Below are positions 12,660 through 26,845 of a stretch of 64,000 nucleotides of DNA, one piece after another. The stretch's first letter is position 1, and each line of letters begins with the position of its first letter. The DNA is from Octopus vulgaris (taxonomy: Eukaryota), in contig OX597814.1 in assembly GCA_951406725.2 (NCBI GenBank), positions 69,006,001-69,070,000 of the forward strand, read 5' to 3'. The notes beneath the pieces are model-generated. The model was not told the DNA's origin. It did not search any database and saw only the letters and a list, made by a program, of their open reading frames with translations. The position numbers were made by a program, and so were the translations under genes.

Positions 12660-13003
12660 TAGGCACAAGCGTCGCTCTGCAGCAAGAAGCTTGCTTCCCA
12701 TCCACATGGCTCCGGGATCAATCCCACTGTGTGGCACCTTGGGCAAGTGTCTTCTACTATAGCCTCAGGCCTTGTGAGTGGATTTGGTAGATGGAAACTG
12801 AAAGAAGCCTGCCATGTGTGTGTGTGCGTGTGTGTGTGTGTGGCAACCGATGTTGCAACATTAGCGGTTCAGCAAAAGAGGCCAATAGAATAAGTACTAG
12901 GCTTACAAAGAATAACTACTGGGGATCGATTTGTTCAACTGCAGGTGGTGCTCCAGCATGTCTGCAGTCAAATGACTGAAACAAATAAAAGAATAAAAGA
13001 ATA
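12660..13003 (+). mobile_element. tRNA-derived SINE (main family)
   Basis: Head, internal (TG)n and conserved 3' GACTGAAACAA.TAAAAGA. Confidence 0.85.
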
Positions 13004-13393
13004 TGGACAAATTTGTTTCGTTAAACTGCAGGATGCCACCTTCTTCAGATTGGATATGCAATCTCGCAGACTGATTTTTCCCATTGAATTGATTTACACC
13101 AACTTTATTAAATGATCCAATATTGGCTAATCATTTTCCTTACATATTTCCCCTGTCTACTGTATTATTATTTACTATCCTGCTGACGTTCATCACTTTC
13201 TACACTGCTACTCATTACCTACTCTACCTTATTTTTCCTTTCCCCACCTCATATGTGTGTGTGTGTGTGTTCATGTGTTTCAAATGTATGGCAAACAAAA
13301 GATAGAGACAGGTGAGGGAACAACAAACAGACATAATAGTTTGAAGGAAGGTAAATATCAAGAATCTCATTGAATAGGAGTCTCAAAAATTTA

Positions 13394-14089
13394 GGCATAC
13401 CTACAAAGTGTGCATTCCTTTGTTTCCTCATAACTTTTTTAATTTAATATTTTTTAATTTAATTTTCTGCAAGTACCTTCCAGACAGTATAGATCAGTGG
13501 TTCTCAACCTGGAGTCCATGGAACCCTGGTTGTCTGTGAACTAAATTCAAAAATTCATACACACACACATACATAAGGATAGCATATTAAAAGAAGTCCA
13601 TGGGAAAACTCATGTAAATAAAAGAGTTGGGAACCACTGGTTATATTGGAATTTAACGTTAAAAAAATTGGTGGATGTGCACATTGACACACATAACATT
13701 TATATATAGAAAATGAGAGTTGAAATTCTGAGAAAAATTTGTGATATGTTCAGTATATATGTGTATGCAACCACCAATCTATTTATTCATTATTATTTTT
13801 TTTTTTTACTGATATAATTGTATTCTACACCATCTGAGAGGTAGAAAATTTCATTTTAGAATATCCTTTTTTCTGAAAATTATGAGGAAACAAAATTGAT
13901 TCACATGAATTATTAGAAACTCCTTTCTTTTCCCACCCCTTCTGAAAAGATGTTCCACAATTAATTTTGATGTAATTGGAATCTATATCTGAAAGCTACT
14001 TCTAATAAAAATTTCAGCAAACAACATCCATTTTTCTGAAATTTATCAGGGGACAATTCAGACGCCTGGCACACTTATATAGGTATGCC
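13394..14089. mobile_element. MITE with GGCATACCTA.. TIRs
   Basis: GGCATACCTACAAAGTGTGC ... GCACACTTATATAGGTATGCC; imperfect 8-bp flank duplication AAAATTTA/AATATTTA. Confidence 0.55.
13495..13639. mobile_element. hAT-Charlie-type MITE nested in the preceding MITE
   Basis: CAGTGGTTCTCAAC ... GTTGGGAACCACTG TIRs. Confidence 0.75.
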
Positions 14090-14104
14090 AATATTTATTA
14101 TTAG

Positions 14105-14298
14105 CAAGGTGGCAGGGCAAAATGCTTAGCAGTATTTCATCTGCCTTTATTGTTCTGAGTTCAAATTCCGCTGAGGTCGACTTTGCCTTTCATCTTTTTG
14201 GGTCGATAAATTAAGTATCAGTTGTGTACTGGGGTCGATCTAATCAACTGGCCCCTTCCCCAAAAATTTTAGGCCTTGTGCCTAGAATAGAAAAGAAT
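14105..14298 (+). mobile_element. SINE with Meta-domain-like core
   Basis: B-box GAGTTCAAATTCC followed by GCCTTTCATCTTTTTGGGTCGATAAATTAAGTA. Confidence 0.65.
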
Positions 14299-16080
14299 AT
14301 TTATTATTAGTTTGAAAAAGAAAACTGACAAGAGATATTTTTAATTATCGTGATGCTCTTTGAATAATTGAAAGCAACAGAATTTAGAAATAAAACTCTT
14401 ACTTTCTTTTCTCAAGATGGTAATATTCATATTTGTGAGTGGATTAAATGCAATAAGTGAATAATCCAGGAGGATGAAATTATCTTCCAACTAGCATCTA
14501 GGATAATTTGAAATCAGTTTTATCAAATCTCGCAGTAATCTGAGCACAATTTCATATTTCCAACTGATAAGGAAGATAGTGATAATCTGAAATCTCTACA
14601 CTGGGATGAATTCTTTACATGGACACTCTGAGGTGATGATACTTCAAGTGATCCTCCTTGCCCAAGGAGTATTCCAGTAATTTTATGAATGCACGTGAGG
14701 TATTCCAGCTTCGATCATCCCATTATTCTAGCTTTTTTTTCAAAGTATGTATTATCTAATGTCATTTTTACTTTTTTATAAATGTAGTGTGATTTAAGAG
14801 GTATTTGGCAGCTATTTCTAGCAGGTCTAGCGAGCACATAATGGTTCTCTATAATCTTAAAAGTAGACAATGCTGGTCAACCATTATTATGATGGTGCCT
14901 TAACAGGTTTACTGTATTGAGAATGACCATTAGTTGAATAATAATCAAAACTTTTTAATAAAAAAGAAGTTGCCCTAACACAGAGAAAGTATCAATATTG
15001 ATATTTATGAATATGCTGAACATTAATAATTCCCACGGAAAAATATCAATGTTCATAAAATTACAAGCTATACAAACAAAAGAAAGAGTAAAAAACTAAC
15101 TAATATGACTGAAAATAATTATCATTATTATTAATTAGGTGACTTATAAAATGAGATTAAAATTCCTTCTAAATGTTGATTACATAATATAAAGATCTGA
15201 CGGAATGTTAATAAACTTGAGGATGGTTGAGGACAAGCATTAAAAAAGTTACCAGATGATGAGACAAGAAAATGGCATTCATCTCTGCACATGTGGGAAA
15301 ATAAAATAGAGGCCGTGTTTAGTTCAACAACCTCCTATGTCAGAAAATGAATATTAAATGACAAGAATCAGCAAAGAATAAAAACCAAGGAATGAGTTCC
15401 AGCAATGTCACAATTTTAATTCAGCACATAGGAATAATAGTGAAGACAAAATTAATTCAAAATTTAGTTTACCAGAATAAGGTTGTGCATACATGTAATG
15501 ATCAGACAAAAAAAAAAACCAGTGCATGGGAATAGAGATGAGCATCTGCAAAACAAAATGCAAGGTGACAACATTTCACATAATTCTAACCAAACAAATT
15601 GTTTATAGATAAGGTATAAAGTCCTTATTAGAAATAGCAGTGAAGTGTTCCTTATTTTTCTTTACCAAAAAGAATTTGTATACAAAAGGGCTAAGAAAAT
15701 AATGTGAGTTGTTCATGACATTTTTCATAAGAAGGATATTTATGTGCAAAACCTTGTTAATCAGTGTTGAAAAATATTTTGAGCACATGTTCTCTTTTTA
15801 GAGAGAATCTGGGGGAAAAAAAGGTCACTGGTAAAAAATCTCCGTAGCAGAGTTTCTTTGTAGCCTCAACCGGAATATTCGTTTTAGTCATCAATATCAA
15901 TATTGTTGAATATACATGTAATGCCACAATTCTATGTGAGGTGTTTTCAATGTGTACATGTCATGTATTTTCAATACATGACTGAAATCATTGGTTTTAT
16001 TGTCTTGCTTTGCTTAAGAAATTGAATAAAAGATTTATATTTTTTGTTCACATATATGCAATGCCATCATATATAAATTG

Positions 16081-16356
16081 CAGGGCCGAATTATGACCCA
16101 TAGGAGCCTTTAAGTACTTAAAAGATTTTAGTGTCCCCGTATATAATTCAAACTATAAACAACAATAAACCATAACATAAATTTTTATTTTTCAAAATGA
16201 AGCAAAATGAAGCAAGAGATAAGGAATCCTGAATATTATTTTAGCAAATTTAAAATGATTTCTTTTGTGCTGCAAATCATTTACCATTTCTGTGGTGTCC
16301 CCTTCCTTTGATACCCTAAGTATGTGCTTATTTGTGTAATGGTTAAACCAGTGATG
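16081..16356. mobile_element. hAT (Tip100-like) MITE
   Basis: CAGGGCCGAATTA terminus; exact 8-bp TSD ATAAATTG at 16073-16080 and 16357-16364. Confidence 0.75.
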
Positions 16357-17229
16357 ATAAATTGTGTACTGTCAGTTAATAACTGATTTAAAATATTTTT
16401 TGTTTATTACTTTGATTGTTTATAGTATTTAAACAAAATTACTTTTTCCAGTGACTTTTTTCCTTAACTAAAACTGTGATTTATCTTTCACTGACTCTTT
16501 TTCTGGACACCGTTGGAGACCCATTAATAATTACCTTTAAAACAGAAAAACACTTGCTTTTTGAGTTTATTTTTTTTAACTTCAGTGGGCTACAAAAGCA
16601 TAGCCAAATAATTCTGGATGGCAAACATCATGGATTATGTGACTTTTACCTGCTGACATCATAACAGGAAATAAATAAGCCAGCTAAAGGGTTAAACTGA
16701 TCGTATAACTACATGCTGCTGTTTCTACAATGTAATCATTACTTACTTGATAGAATGACTACTTAAAATCTTCTAATTACAAATCTTATACAGCTATTGA
16801 CCTACTTCTAAATGTTTTATGTCTCATATTACACCTTATCACAACCTACGGATCTAAGACAAGAGTCTCCAACTCTGAACAGAATATCTCTTTACATTAT
16901 ACTCCAATGAACCATTCCTGTGCAAATCTGGATCATACTAAGCAATTCAAATATTATTCTGTGATCCCATAATAATATTTCTTGTTAACTTTATATGAAA
17001 GTAATTGTAAACAATAACTCCAAAAACTTCACTCACACAGCATTAAATTGTTTTTTGCTATTCCAAACATGTTCATTGTTTTATTTATCCAGGTGTATGA
17101 TACCATGTCATATGCTTTTTTGTAATCTAGCCATGCTACATTTTATCCTATCAGTCTGCATCTACAATTTCTAATTATCATTTTATCAACTAATTAGTGA
17201 TTTTTTGATGCCCTACTTTATTTCCTCCA

Positions 17230-17800
17230 GCCTTTCTGTTTTTCTGGAAGTAGATTGTTACTTTCCAGATGGTTATATAACTCTTCCGCCAAGACGTTTC
17301 CATATTAGTGGTAAACAGTTTGTAAGTCGAAAAGTTGATGCCAAGTTCCTTGAGGCATAGCAGCATTCGTCCACTTGTCATCCTGGTAGGGATGTGACCT
17401 TGCTGCAGTCATCCTGTTGCACAGTGATTCTTTCATGCAACTGTGTAACATTCTTCAGACAATAGCCTTGTACTCCATCCAGGCCGGGTCCTTTTCAGTT
17501 TGCTATTTTTTTAAATTCTATCTCACTGTATATAGATTAATTCTGATGTCCTTTTAGCTTGGTACAGTTGCAAGTTGTCTTTCCACCTTTGTTAGCCACT
17601 CAACACTTTCTTTATGCCTGGCCTGTTCCACAGCCTTCCTCAAAACTTTTTACTTTCTTCCACATCTGGAATCAGTTCCTGGTGTTGGCCTCCCTCTATT
17701 TCCTCAAATAGACGCCTTCTATTTGATTGGAACAGTTTATCGTATTCGAAACCTTTGCATTTAGCATCATATCTAGTAATGTGTCAGGCAGCGAAACCAG
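17230..17800 (-). mobile_element. R4/Dong-type RT N-terminal fragment
   Basis: NWKRPGLDGVQGYCLKNVTQLHER...TSGRMLLCLK remnant. Confidence 0.65.
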
Positions 17801-17811
17801 GTTGCCTGACA

Positions 17812-17922
17812 CATTACTACACATAAATGCCTCACGCTATGAGGAACTCTTAAAGTCAAAAGACTCTTAAAGTTTTGATTGTAAGAGTCTCTCATAGCAT
17901 GAGGCATTTATGTGTAGTAATG
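17812..17922. repeat. Near-perfect ~41-bp-arm hairpin
   Basis: CATTACTACACATAAATGCCTCA.. / ..TGAGGCATTTATGTGTAGTAATG next to (TA)n. Confidence 0.9.
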
Positions 17923-17955
17923 CCCTTAATATAAATAAATATATATTTATATTTA

Positions 17956-18006
<51 letters not shown>

Positions 18007-18038
18007 AATGAAATAAAAAACAGAACACAAAGGATGTC

Positions 18039-18130
18039 GCGGTACACGTGTTTCAAGCTTTATAAAACAACTTATTCTTACATCAATGTATAATCAACAT
18101 AACAGATGGTTTAAAGCTCTCTTCAGCCGC
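18039..18130 (-). ncRNA. Intact-core type I hammerhead ribozyme in a foldback module (18003-18313)
   Basis: GCGG-CTGAAGA-GAGCTTTA...TAAAGCTT-GAAAC-ACGT-GTA-CCGC; partial inverted copy 18226-18313. Confidence 0.85.
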
Positions 18131-18499
18131 ATGCAATTGCTATACCAAAGACCTGTATCACATTATGAAAAGTCCGAAAAGGAACATTTGGTATTATCTA
18201 TAATGGTAGGTATATTGAGTTTCAAACATTGATGTAAGAATAAGTTGTTTTATAAAGCTTGAAACACTTGTACCGCGACATCCTTTGTGTTCTGTTTTTT
18301 ATTTCATTTGATACATATATCCTCTCACCTCTGCTACTAGCTGGCATATACAGGTGCTTACATTTATCAAGTATTCACCCTGAATTTATATATATCTATA
18401 TATATATATTTAGATAAATTCAGCAAAGATTTAGATTCAGATGAATATGGTACTTAAGTTGAGACACCAGAATTTAGTATGGTATTATCCATATTGGAA

Positions 18500-19296
18500 T
18501 CGGAATCGAAATTGAACCAATCCTATGACTGGCACCATAGAAAAGGAATAAAATAGCTTAATTACTAATACTATGGTAAAGTATATGTAGCTTATTAACA
18601 CCAATAGAGGTTTATAGAAAAAGTATAATTCAAAATATATTAGACTAAAAATTATATATTTACCTATTTAGCTAATATCAATAAAAGACTGATGTCTGGT
18701 ATCAGCTAAAGGAATATTTAGGCTATGGAACCGTCATATTTTACACTAATCTTTTTTAAAAAACTAAGGGTTACATTATAGGTTTAAGAAGTTATTATTG
18801 TTACTCCCTACATGATATTTATAGTTTCTTAGTGGTACTTGTTTAGAAGGGTTATTTATATAAAGGCCCTTATAAATACTAAGATCAGGAGGGTAGAGCC
18901 ATGTAAGAAAGAAAATTTAGGGTAATCAGGAAGATTATTAAGAATGAAATTTTAACAAAAGGATAAATTTTCTTTGAATATTTTGAGTATATACCAAATT
19001 TTTTACCACAATAGAGGGAGGAAAAGAAAATTGCAAAGAAATAGTTTAATATTTATTTACTTATTATTTATCTAAATATTAACTTATTATATGGTTTCTA
19101 TGGAGATTGATCGATTGAATTTAACTGGTATTTAATAAGGAAGCAACTGAGGTTAAAGAACATGTTAACTATATACTGATTTAATTAAATTGAACTATTT
19201 TAAGTTGTCCAGATACCAGTATTACTTTATAAAAGCTGAATATGAATTAATAGGGGTACAAAGATTAGATTTATTTAAGACTACTATAAAATAATG

Positions 19297-19357
<61 letters not shown>

Positions 19358-19911
19358 GTGTCCTCATTGCTTCTGATCTTAACTGATTGGAAGTGATATC
19401 ATGAACATTGTTTTGTCTTGATATAAAAGATGGGCTACAGCAAATACTCTGCTCAATACCACAGATTTGCTTGTCAGTTGTTTGATCTTAACAAGTTGAG
19501 CGTGTCCCTTAGTGGCTGACGATATGTGCATCTCTGATCATGAGCAGAAATAGTTGGGGAGCATCATAGTCATGTGTTGAGAGGAATTTTTTGGGGTTTG
19601 AGTAATTCACCTCTGGAAACATGGGTGTTTCGTTCAACATCCTTAAACAACCCTTATTCAGGGACCTTTTGAGCAGGATGGGTTACTCGACCAGAAGAAA
19701 ATTCTAACTGAGCCCCACCTACAAGGTCATGTGCTGTTTATCTTGATATGAGATCACCATGTCGCGCACATATGGTTGTGATGCATGTGCCTAGTGTACC
19801 CTTATCAGACAAGTAGTCATGATGAGTATACTGGGCTTCATATATTTTACCCCAGTGTCACTTTGATGGCATACACTACTCTCTCACTCAATAATAATAA
19901 TAATGATGATA

Positions 19912-19959
<48 letters not shown>

Positions 19960-21440
19960 TTAATAATAATAATAATAATAGTGTTATCATGTACATTGTT
20001 TTGTCTTGGTATAAAAGATGGGCTACAGCAAATATTCTGCTCAATACCACAGATTTGCTTGTCAGTTGTTTGACCTTAACCAGTTGAGCATGTCCCTTAG
20101 TGGCTGACGATATGTGCATCTCTGATCACGAGCAGAAGTAGTGGGGGAGCATCATAGCCATGTGTTGAGAGGGATTCTTTGGGGTTTGAATAATTCACCT
20201 CTGGAAACATGGGTGGTTCTTTCAACATCCTTAAACAACCCTTATTCAGGGACCGTTTGAGCGGGATGGGCTACTCAACCTGAAGAAAATTCTAACTGGG
20301 CCCCACCTGCAAGGTCATGAGCTGTTTATCTTGATATGAGATCACCATGTCGCGCACATATGGTTGTGATGCATGTGCCTGGTGTGCCTTTATCAGACGG
20401 GTAGTCATGATGGGTATATTGGGCTTCGTATATTTTACCCCAGTGTCACTTTGATGGCATGAACTGCTCTCTCACTCAATAATAATAATAATAATAATAA
20501 TAATGATAATAAAATGATCAGTTAGGGTAGAGCATCATAGAAAAGGAACAAAAACAGCCTAATCACTAAAAACCATAATAAAATATCCATACCTTATTCA
20601 ATAACAAATATTTATAGAAAATGTATAACAATTTAAGTATTATGAGCTAAAAACTGTTAATTAACTTATTTAGCTTATTATATTCAGGACCGAAACCCAG
20701 TATTGCTTAAAAGAATAATTGTTGTTAAAAAGGACGTGCTAATTATATACTAATATTAAATTAAGAGGTGTAATATAGATTTTAAAAGTTAATTGTGTTA
20801 ATCCATAAATGATATTACAGTTTCTTAGGGGTACTTAATTAGAAGGGCTGTTTGTATAAAGCCAATATAAATACCAAAATTAGGAGGACGGAACACTTTA
20901 AGAAAGGGATAAAAAAAATTAGTTACTAAGACTATTTTAAACAATAGGTCATTATTGAGTAAAGTTAAAATTTAGGGTTATCAGGAAGATCTATCACTGA
21001 GGTGAAAGAACAAATTTACTTTAAATTAGTTAAATTATAATCTAAGCTGTTTAATTTTAAGTTGTGAAGATATCCATATTGTTTTTTATAGAAGTAAAAA
21101 AATTTAGGTTTGTCTAAAGGCAATTATAAAGTATTAAAATGATCAGGTAGGGTAGAAACACCATAGAAAAGGATATAAAATAGCTTAATCACTAAAATCT
21201 TAATGAAGTATATATACAACTTAGTAACTTCAATAGAGAAGATTTATAGAAAATATGAAATAATTCAAGTATTTAAAACAAAAAATTGTTTATTTACTTA
21301 ATTAGCTTGTGTCTATAATCCCTGGTACCCAGTATTAACTAAAGGAAAATTAATGCTGTAGGTCATGCTACCTATGCACTGATTTTAAACTTAGAGGTAC
21401 ATTATAGGTTTTAAAACTCAAGATCAATAAAATGCTACTT
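18500..21440. repeat. Three diverged ~0.63-0.78 kb tandem units downstream of the Naiad-like PLE
   Basis: CATAGAAAAGGA..AAAA.AGC.TAAT.ACTAA recurs at ~18536, ~20536, ~21162 with collinear similarity. Confidence 0.75.
19358..20478 (+). mobile_element. Tandem dimer of a ~500-bp non-autonomous element in (AAT)n
   Basis: Copies 19358-19889 and 19981-20477 highly similar, each ending CTCTCTCACTC+(AAT)n. Confidence 0.85.
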
Positions 21441-23085
21441 TCTAAAATATTTGATGGTACAGGTGGCACTATGTACACATGATATCCTAAGGTCTAACCA
21501 ATTATTAGCCAGGTTGCCATTATCTTTATGCTTAAAAATTTCATATGTTTCCATAGAGCAAAGCTCACACCCATATCAGCTATTTCTATAAGGCTGAGCT
21601 ATTTTTATTATTCCCCATTTGAGGCTAAACCCAATTCCACTTTCTTTCAATTCTCAAATCTTACTGGATAATGACGTACAATTCGCCTTATGTTTAAGTT
21701 TAAAGGACAGCACGTGATTGTATATACGCTGTTCAAATTAATCGAACAACCAAAGTAAATATAATTATTAGATGTAGTTATTATTGTGCATTTATATACA
21801 ACATTCTAGGAAAGACATCGGCCTAATAACGGGATTTAACCCTATAATTGCAACTAGGAGAATTGTTATTATTAATATTAAGATTACGATTTAAATTATT
21901 ATTTTTATTTTCATTGTTAATATTTTCACTATTAATAATTAAATTTTCAAGTATACTATGTTCACGTCTATTATTTTCTAACTCTACCTGAATCATATTA
22001 TCACATAAAATCACCTCTGCAGCATCAGTTTCCATGACCGTTTATGTACTGGAACTACAATCCATATTGTTTTTATTAGAAGTGCTACCACCATTCCTTC
22101 TATTCACCCCATCATCATCAATACTACTATTTTCATTTTGGGGGTTTAAGTTATAGTTGATAGTACTATTATTATTAATAATATAATTATTATTATTGCT
22201 ATTTTTATTATTATTATTGTTGTTGTTGTTGTTGTTGTTGTTATTATTATTATTATCAACAATTCTGGCTAATTTTATATTCTTCCTATTTAATCTAGCT
22301 ATGATGGTACCTATATTGGGGAGAGTAGTGTATGAGATTCTAACTGTTTTACGTGAAAAGATTCTATTATATCTATGGGAAGTAGGGAAGTTTTTTCTAA
22401 AATAGTCATAAATTTTCTATATATGTTTGTGGATAATGTATAGTTGTATGGGATATTAAACCAGACGAGATTCTTACCTTTAAATTTTTCGTGTAAGTAA
22501 GGGCGGGATATATTTGTACTATCCATGCTCCCTAGAATCGTGCCGTGATTAATAGTTTTGTATATATTTCTAGTGGATCCCTTATCTGAAGGAGTAACCA
22601 TTTCTTTTTCATTGTCACCTTTTTTATTCAACCTAAGCTTCTTACTTGTTTTAGTATCCTGTCCCCTATAGAAGCATACTCTGTTGTTATTATTTAAAAT
22701 GTTAGGATTGTAGGATGGGTATCATTTGGTACTTTTTCACAATTATGCCAGTAGACTTTCTATTATTCAAACTATCATTTTTCCCTCTATCAAAAGGTGC
22801 TGAACTTTCAAGACAGAGAAAAGTAATTTCCTGGTCATATCCCTCTTTAGACAAAGCAACATTATAGTGGTATGAATGGGAATTAATGTTTGATGATAAT
22901 TTTAATGATAATTTAGTAATTCTCCTAGACATACTTTTAACTACTGATTTTATTACATTAGTGGGTGATCTGATAATTTATTTACATATCTTGTAACTTC
23001 ACCTTCTTTCCTATAGGGGAAGTATAATTTAGAGTTAATGTTTAAAGTATTATCCCCAAAATTTACTACTTTAGTGCCATATTCA
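21440..23085 (-). mobile_element. Degenerate Naiad-like Penelope element (thumb, linker, GIY-YIG)
   Basis: LVWFNIPYN..STNIYRKF..FP..H.Y.RIF; CNYR..VVYKCTI; YIYFGC; CELCSME; long Asn-rich linker. Confidence 0.75.
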
Positions 23086-23111
23086 TATATTTATATATAT
23101 ATTTATTTATT

Positions 23112-23234
<123 letters not shown>

Positions 23235-23945
23235 TACGGAGATGTACTTGCATAGCAAGTCATTTGATCTGAGATCGTGTGCTGGAACGAAAACAATTGC
23301 AGCGTGGAAGGTAAGCCATTTAAAAAACACCTTCCATGCTGTGTGTGTGGTTGTGGCTGTTTATCTATGTGTGTGGTTGGGCTTAGTATCGTTTAAGGTC
23401 ATAGGAAGAATTTATAATAAGAATTTTGGCAGGAGTGGCTGCCTGTTGTGTGTCTACCTACACATGTGCATAGGAGAATGGCCAGTAGAAAGGTATGGGT
23501 AGTCTGATGTATGTGTGTGTACGTGTATGTATATGTAGTGTGTGTGTGTTTTGTTTGCAGTGTGTGTGTATGTATGTGTACGTGTGTATGCGTGGGGTTG
23601 TGTGTGTGGAGTAATTGTACTTTACTCTGTATGTGTGCGTGTGTGTGTGTGCATGTGTGTAGAAGTATGTGTGTATGTATATGTGCATGTATGTGTGTTG
23701 TAAGTGTGGTGTGTGTGGGAGGTATATGTGCGTTCATGTGTGTACACAGGAGCGTGTGTTTTTTTGTGTGTGGATATGTACATATGTGCGTGAATGTGTG
23801 CGTGTATATAGAAATAAAAACAATAAATTATAAAAAAATAAGGTTGAAAGGAGATAAAGAAGTTAATGCAATATAAAATGGCGCAATTACAAGCAAAAAT
23901 GAAAAAGGAAATAAGGTTGCTTTGTTGCAGGAGGTGTAGAGGCAG

Positions 23946-25441
23946 TCAATAGGAGGAGGGGGTTGTGTTTAGTTCGAAGGGGATAGTTGTTCGTAGATTA
24001 AAGATGTACCACTGTTCCAGGCGGAATGGTGAGTGTGTGGGTCCGCGGTGCAGAGCGAGGCCAAAGACGGAGATGTTAGAGGGGGAGTGGTTGGCCAAGC
24101 GGAAGTGACGGGCGACGGAGGTGTTCGAACGTAGCCGAACATCCCTTAGGAGAAGGTGCTAGGGACCAGAAGATCGCGTAGATTCCGGGCGCGTTTAAAG
24201 GAGGAGAAGGGTGGGTTGGGGAAAATGGGGCGGGTGGTGGAATCGAGCTGGAGACGACGGAAGGCCCGTAGAATCTTCCGATGAAGGGGTGGAAGAGGGG
24301 AAAGGAGGAGCGGTTAGGGGGTTGATGAGGGAAGGAGAAAGGGCGGTGGTGCGATCGATTCGACGAACGCGGCAAGGGCGTTTTGGACAAGGGTTGAGGG
24401 GTATCATCGATGCATGAACAGGTGGGCAAGGTACTGGGACTGGGTCTTGAAATCCTGGTCCCGGCTGCACAAGCGTCGGAGGCGGAGGAACTGGGAGTAG
24501 GAGATGACCCGTTTGGTGTGAGAAGGATGGGAGGAGGAAAAGTTGAGGTAGAGGTGGGAATCTGTGGATTTGGAAAAGGCGGAGGTGGTGAGAGAGTGGA
24601 AGGGGAGGTCAGTGGTAAGAGAGATATCTAAGAAGATAACCGAGGTAGAGGTAAATTGGAGAGATGGGTGAAAGTTAGAGAGGAAAGAGATTAAGTGGCA
24701 GAGTTGTTCGAGGGAGAGGGAGGTGGTGTCTATACAGTCGTCTATGTAGCAGCCGTATAGCTGGAGTTGGTCCAGAGAATTGGGAGAATACTTGGGCCTC
24801 AATGTGACCAACAAATAGGTCGGCGAAATTGGGGCCCATTCTCGTTCCCATAGCGACCCCAGACAATGTTGATAGATCTCCCCAGCAAACGTAAAGCAGT
24901 GTTGGGTGAGGACGAGCTCTACCAGACGGAGAAGGGTAGATATGCTGGGTGTGGGGTAGGGCGACGGTCGAGGAAGTATTGGAGGGCTAAGAGACCGTCG
25001 TTGTGGGGAATCACCGTGTATAGGGACTTGATGTCGAAGGCGAAGAAGATGTGTGAGGGACCGGTAGGGAAGGAGAAGGAATTGAAAAGGCGAAGGGAGT
25101 GATTGGTGTCGTGTATATGGGATGGAGTGGGGCAGCAACAAAAGGGACAGGATGTGGTCAAGATATTTTGAGATGAGTTCTGTGGGGCAATTGCAGACGG
25201 AGACAATGGGGCGGCTAGGATTGTCGGGTTTATGTATTTTGGGAAGGAAATAGATGGTGGAGGTATAGGGTGTTCGGACGATGAGGTTGGTGGCGGTGGG
25301 GGTGGAAGAAGAAAAGACGCAGTCATGGATGGTGGAGGACAAGCGCTGTTGGTAGGAGTAGGTGGGGTCGGAGGGGAGGAGGCGATAGAAGAGGGGGTTT
25401 CGAAGCTGGCTAAGCGCTTCCTCTCTGTATAGGTCCGCGCG

Positions 25442-25444
<3 letters not shown>
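23946..25444 (-). mobile_element. 5'-truncated Penelope-like element (Neptune-like) RT + GIY-YIG, inserted in (TA)n
   Basis: [54 protein letters not shown]; frameshifted. Confidence 0.88.
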
Positions 25445-25525
<81 letters not shown>

Positions 25526-25758
25526 ATGTGTGTATATGTATGTATATATGTATATATGTGTGTATGTGTAGGTGTGGGTATATATATATGTGTGTGTGTG
25601 TATGTATATATATATATATGTATGTATATATGTATATATATATATGTGTGTGTATATATGTATATATATATATATATATATATGTGAATATATGTGTGTG
25701 TATGTGTACATATGTGTATGTGTGTATGTGTATGTGTGTATGTATATGTATATATGTG

Positions 25759-25817
<59 letters not shown>

Positions 25818-25884
25818 AAGTGTGTGTATATATGTATATGTAAGTGTGTGAGTGTGTATGAGTATGTATGTATGTTTGCACACA

Positions 25885-25917
<33 letters not shown>

Positions 25918-26038
25918 GTGTGTATATATATATGTGTATGTATGTGTGTATGTATATGTATGTGTGTGTGTGTGTATATATGTATGTGTGTGTGTATGTA
26001 TATGTATGTGTATGTATGTATGTGTATATGTATATACA

Positions 26039-26085
<47 letters not shown>

Positions 26086-26134
26086 ATGTGTATGTGTGTG
26101 TATGTATATGTATGTATATGTGTGTGTATGTGGG

Positions 26135-26175
<41 letters not shown>

Positions 26176-26338
26176 GTATATATATATATGTGTGTGTATA
26201 TATGCGTGTATGTATATGTACGTATGTATATATGTGTGTGTATGTGTATATGTACATATACGTGTACGCTCGTGTGTTTAGGTATATGTAGGTACGTAGA
26301 GTTATGTATGTGTGTATGTATATGTACATATGTGTAAG

Positions 26339-26429
<91 letters not shown>

Positions 26430-26798
26430 AAGTTTATATGTATGTATCCGTCTGTATAATAGGTAACTGCACGTATATATACTTAATATTTATTATTTAT
26501 TATTTATTATTTATTATTTTTTGAGTATGCATGTATGAATAACTGCACGTATATATATTTTATTACTTATTCTTTGAGTATGCATGTAAGTATGAACATA
26601 AGGAGTGGCGTGTGTGTGTGTGTATGTGTAAGCATAGATATTTGTATACTTTTACGCATGTGTACTTTTGTGTATATATGGATGCGCGTGTGTGTGTGTG
26701 TGTGTATGGGTACGCATGTATATGTGTATGTGCGTGTATGTGTATATGTGTATGTATGTGTGTGTGTATATATGTATATGTATGTATGTATATGTATG

Positions 26799-26845
<47 letters not shown>

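Noticed and set aside
14403-14587. Minus-strand segment with TTTCAG acceptor and GTAAG donor
   Set aside because: All three frames contain stops; could only be a non-coding exon, and there is no supporting evidence.
21440-21860. Selenocysteine recoding/SECIS as reported for some Naiad elements (also checked 35220-35800)
   Set aside because: Conserved Cys positions I could read use TGT/TGC, stops look like random decay, and no convincing SECIS was seen.
24404-26329. 641-aa ORF
   Set aside because: The N-terminal half is translated (TA)/(CA) microsatellite fused by chance to a frameshifted PLE RT remnant; not a gene.
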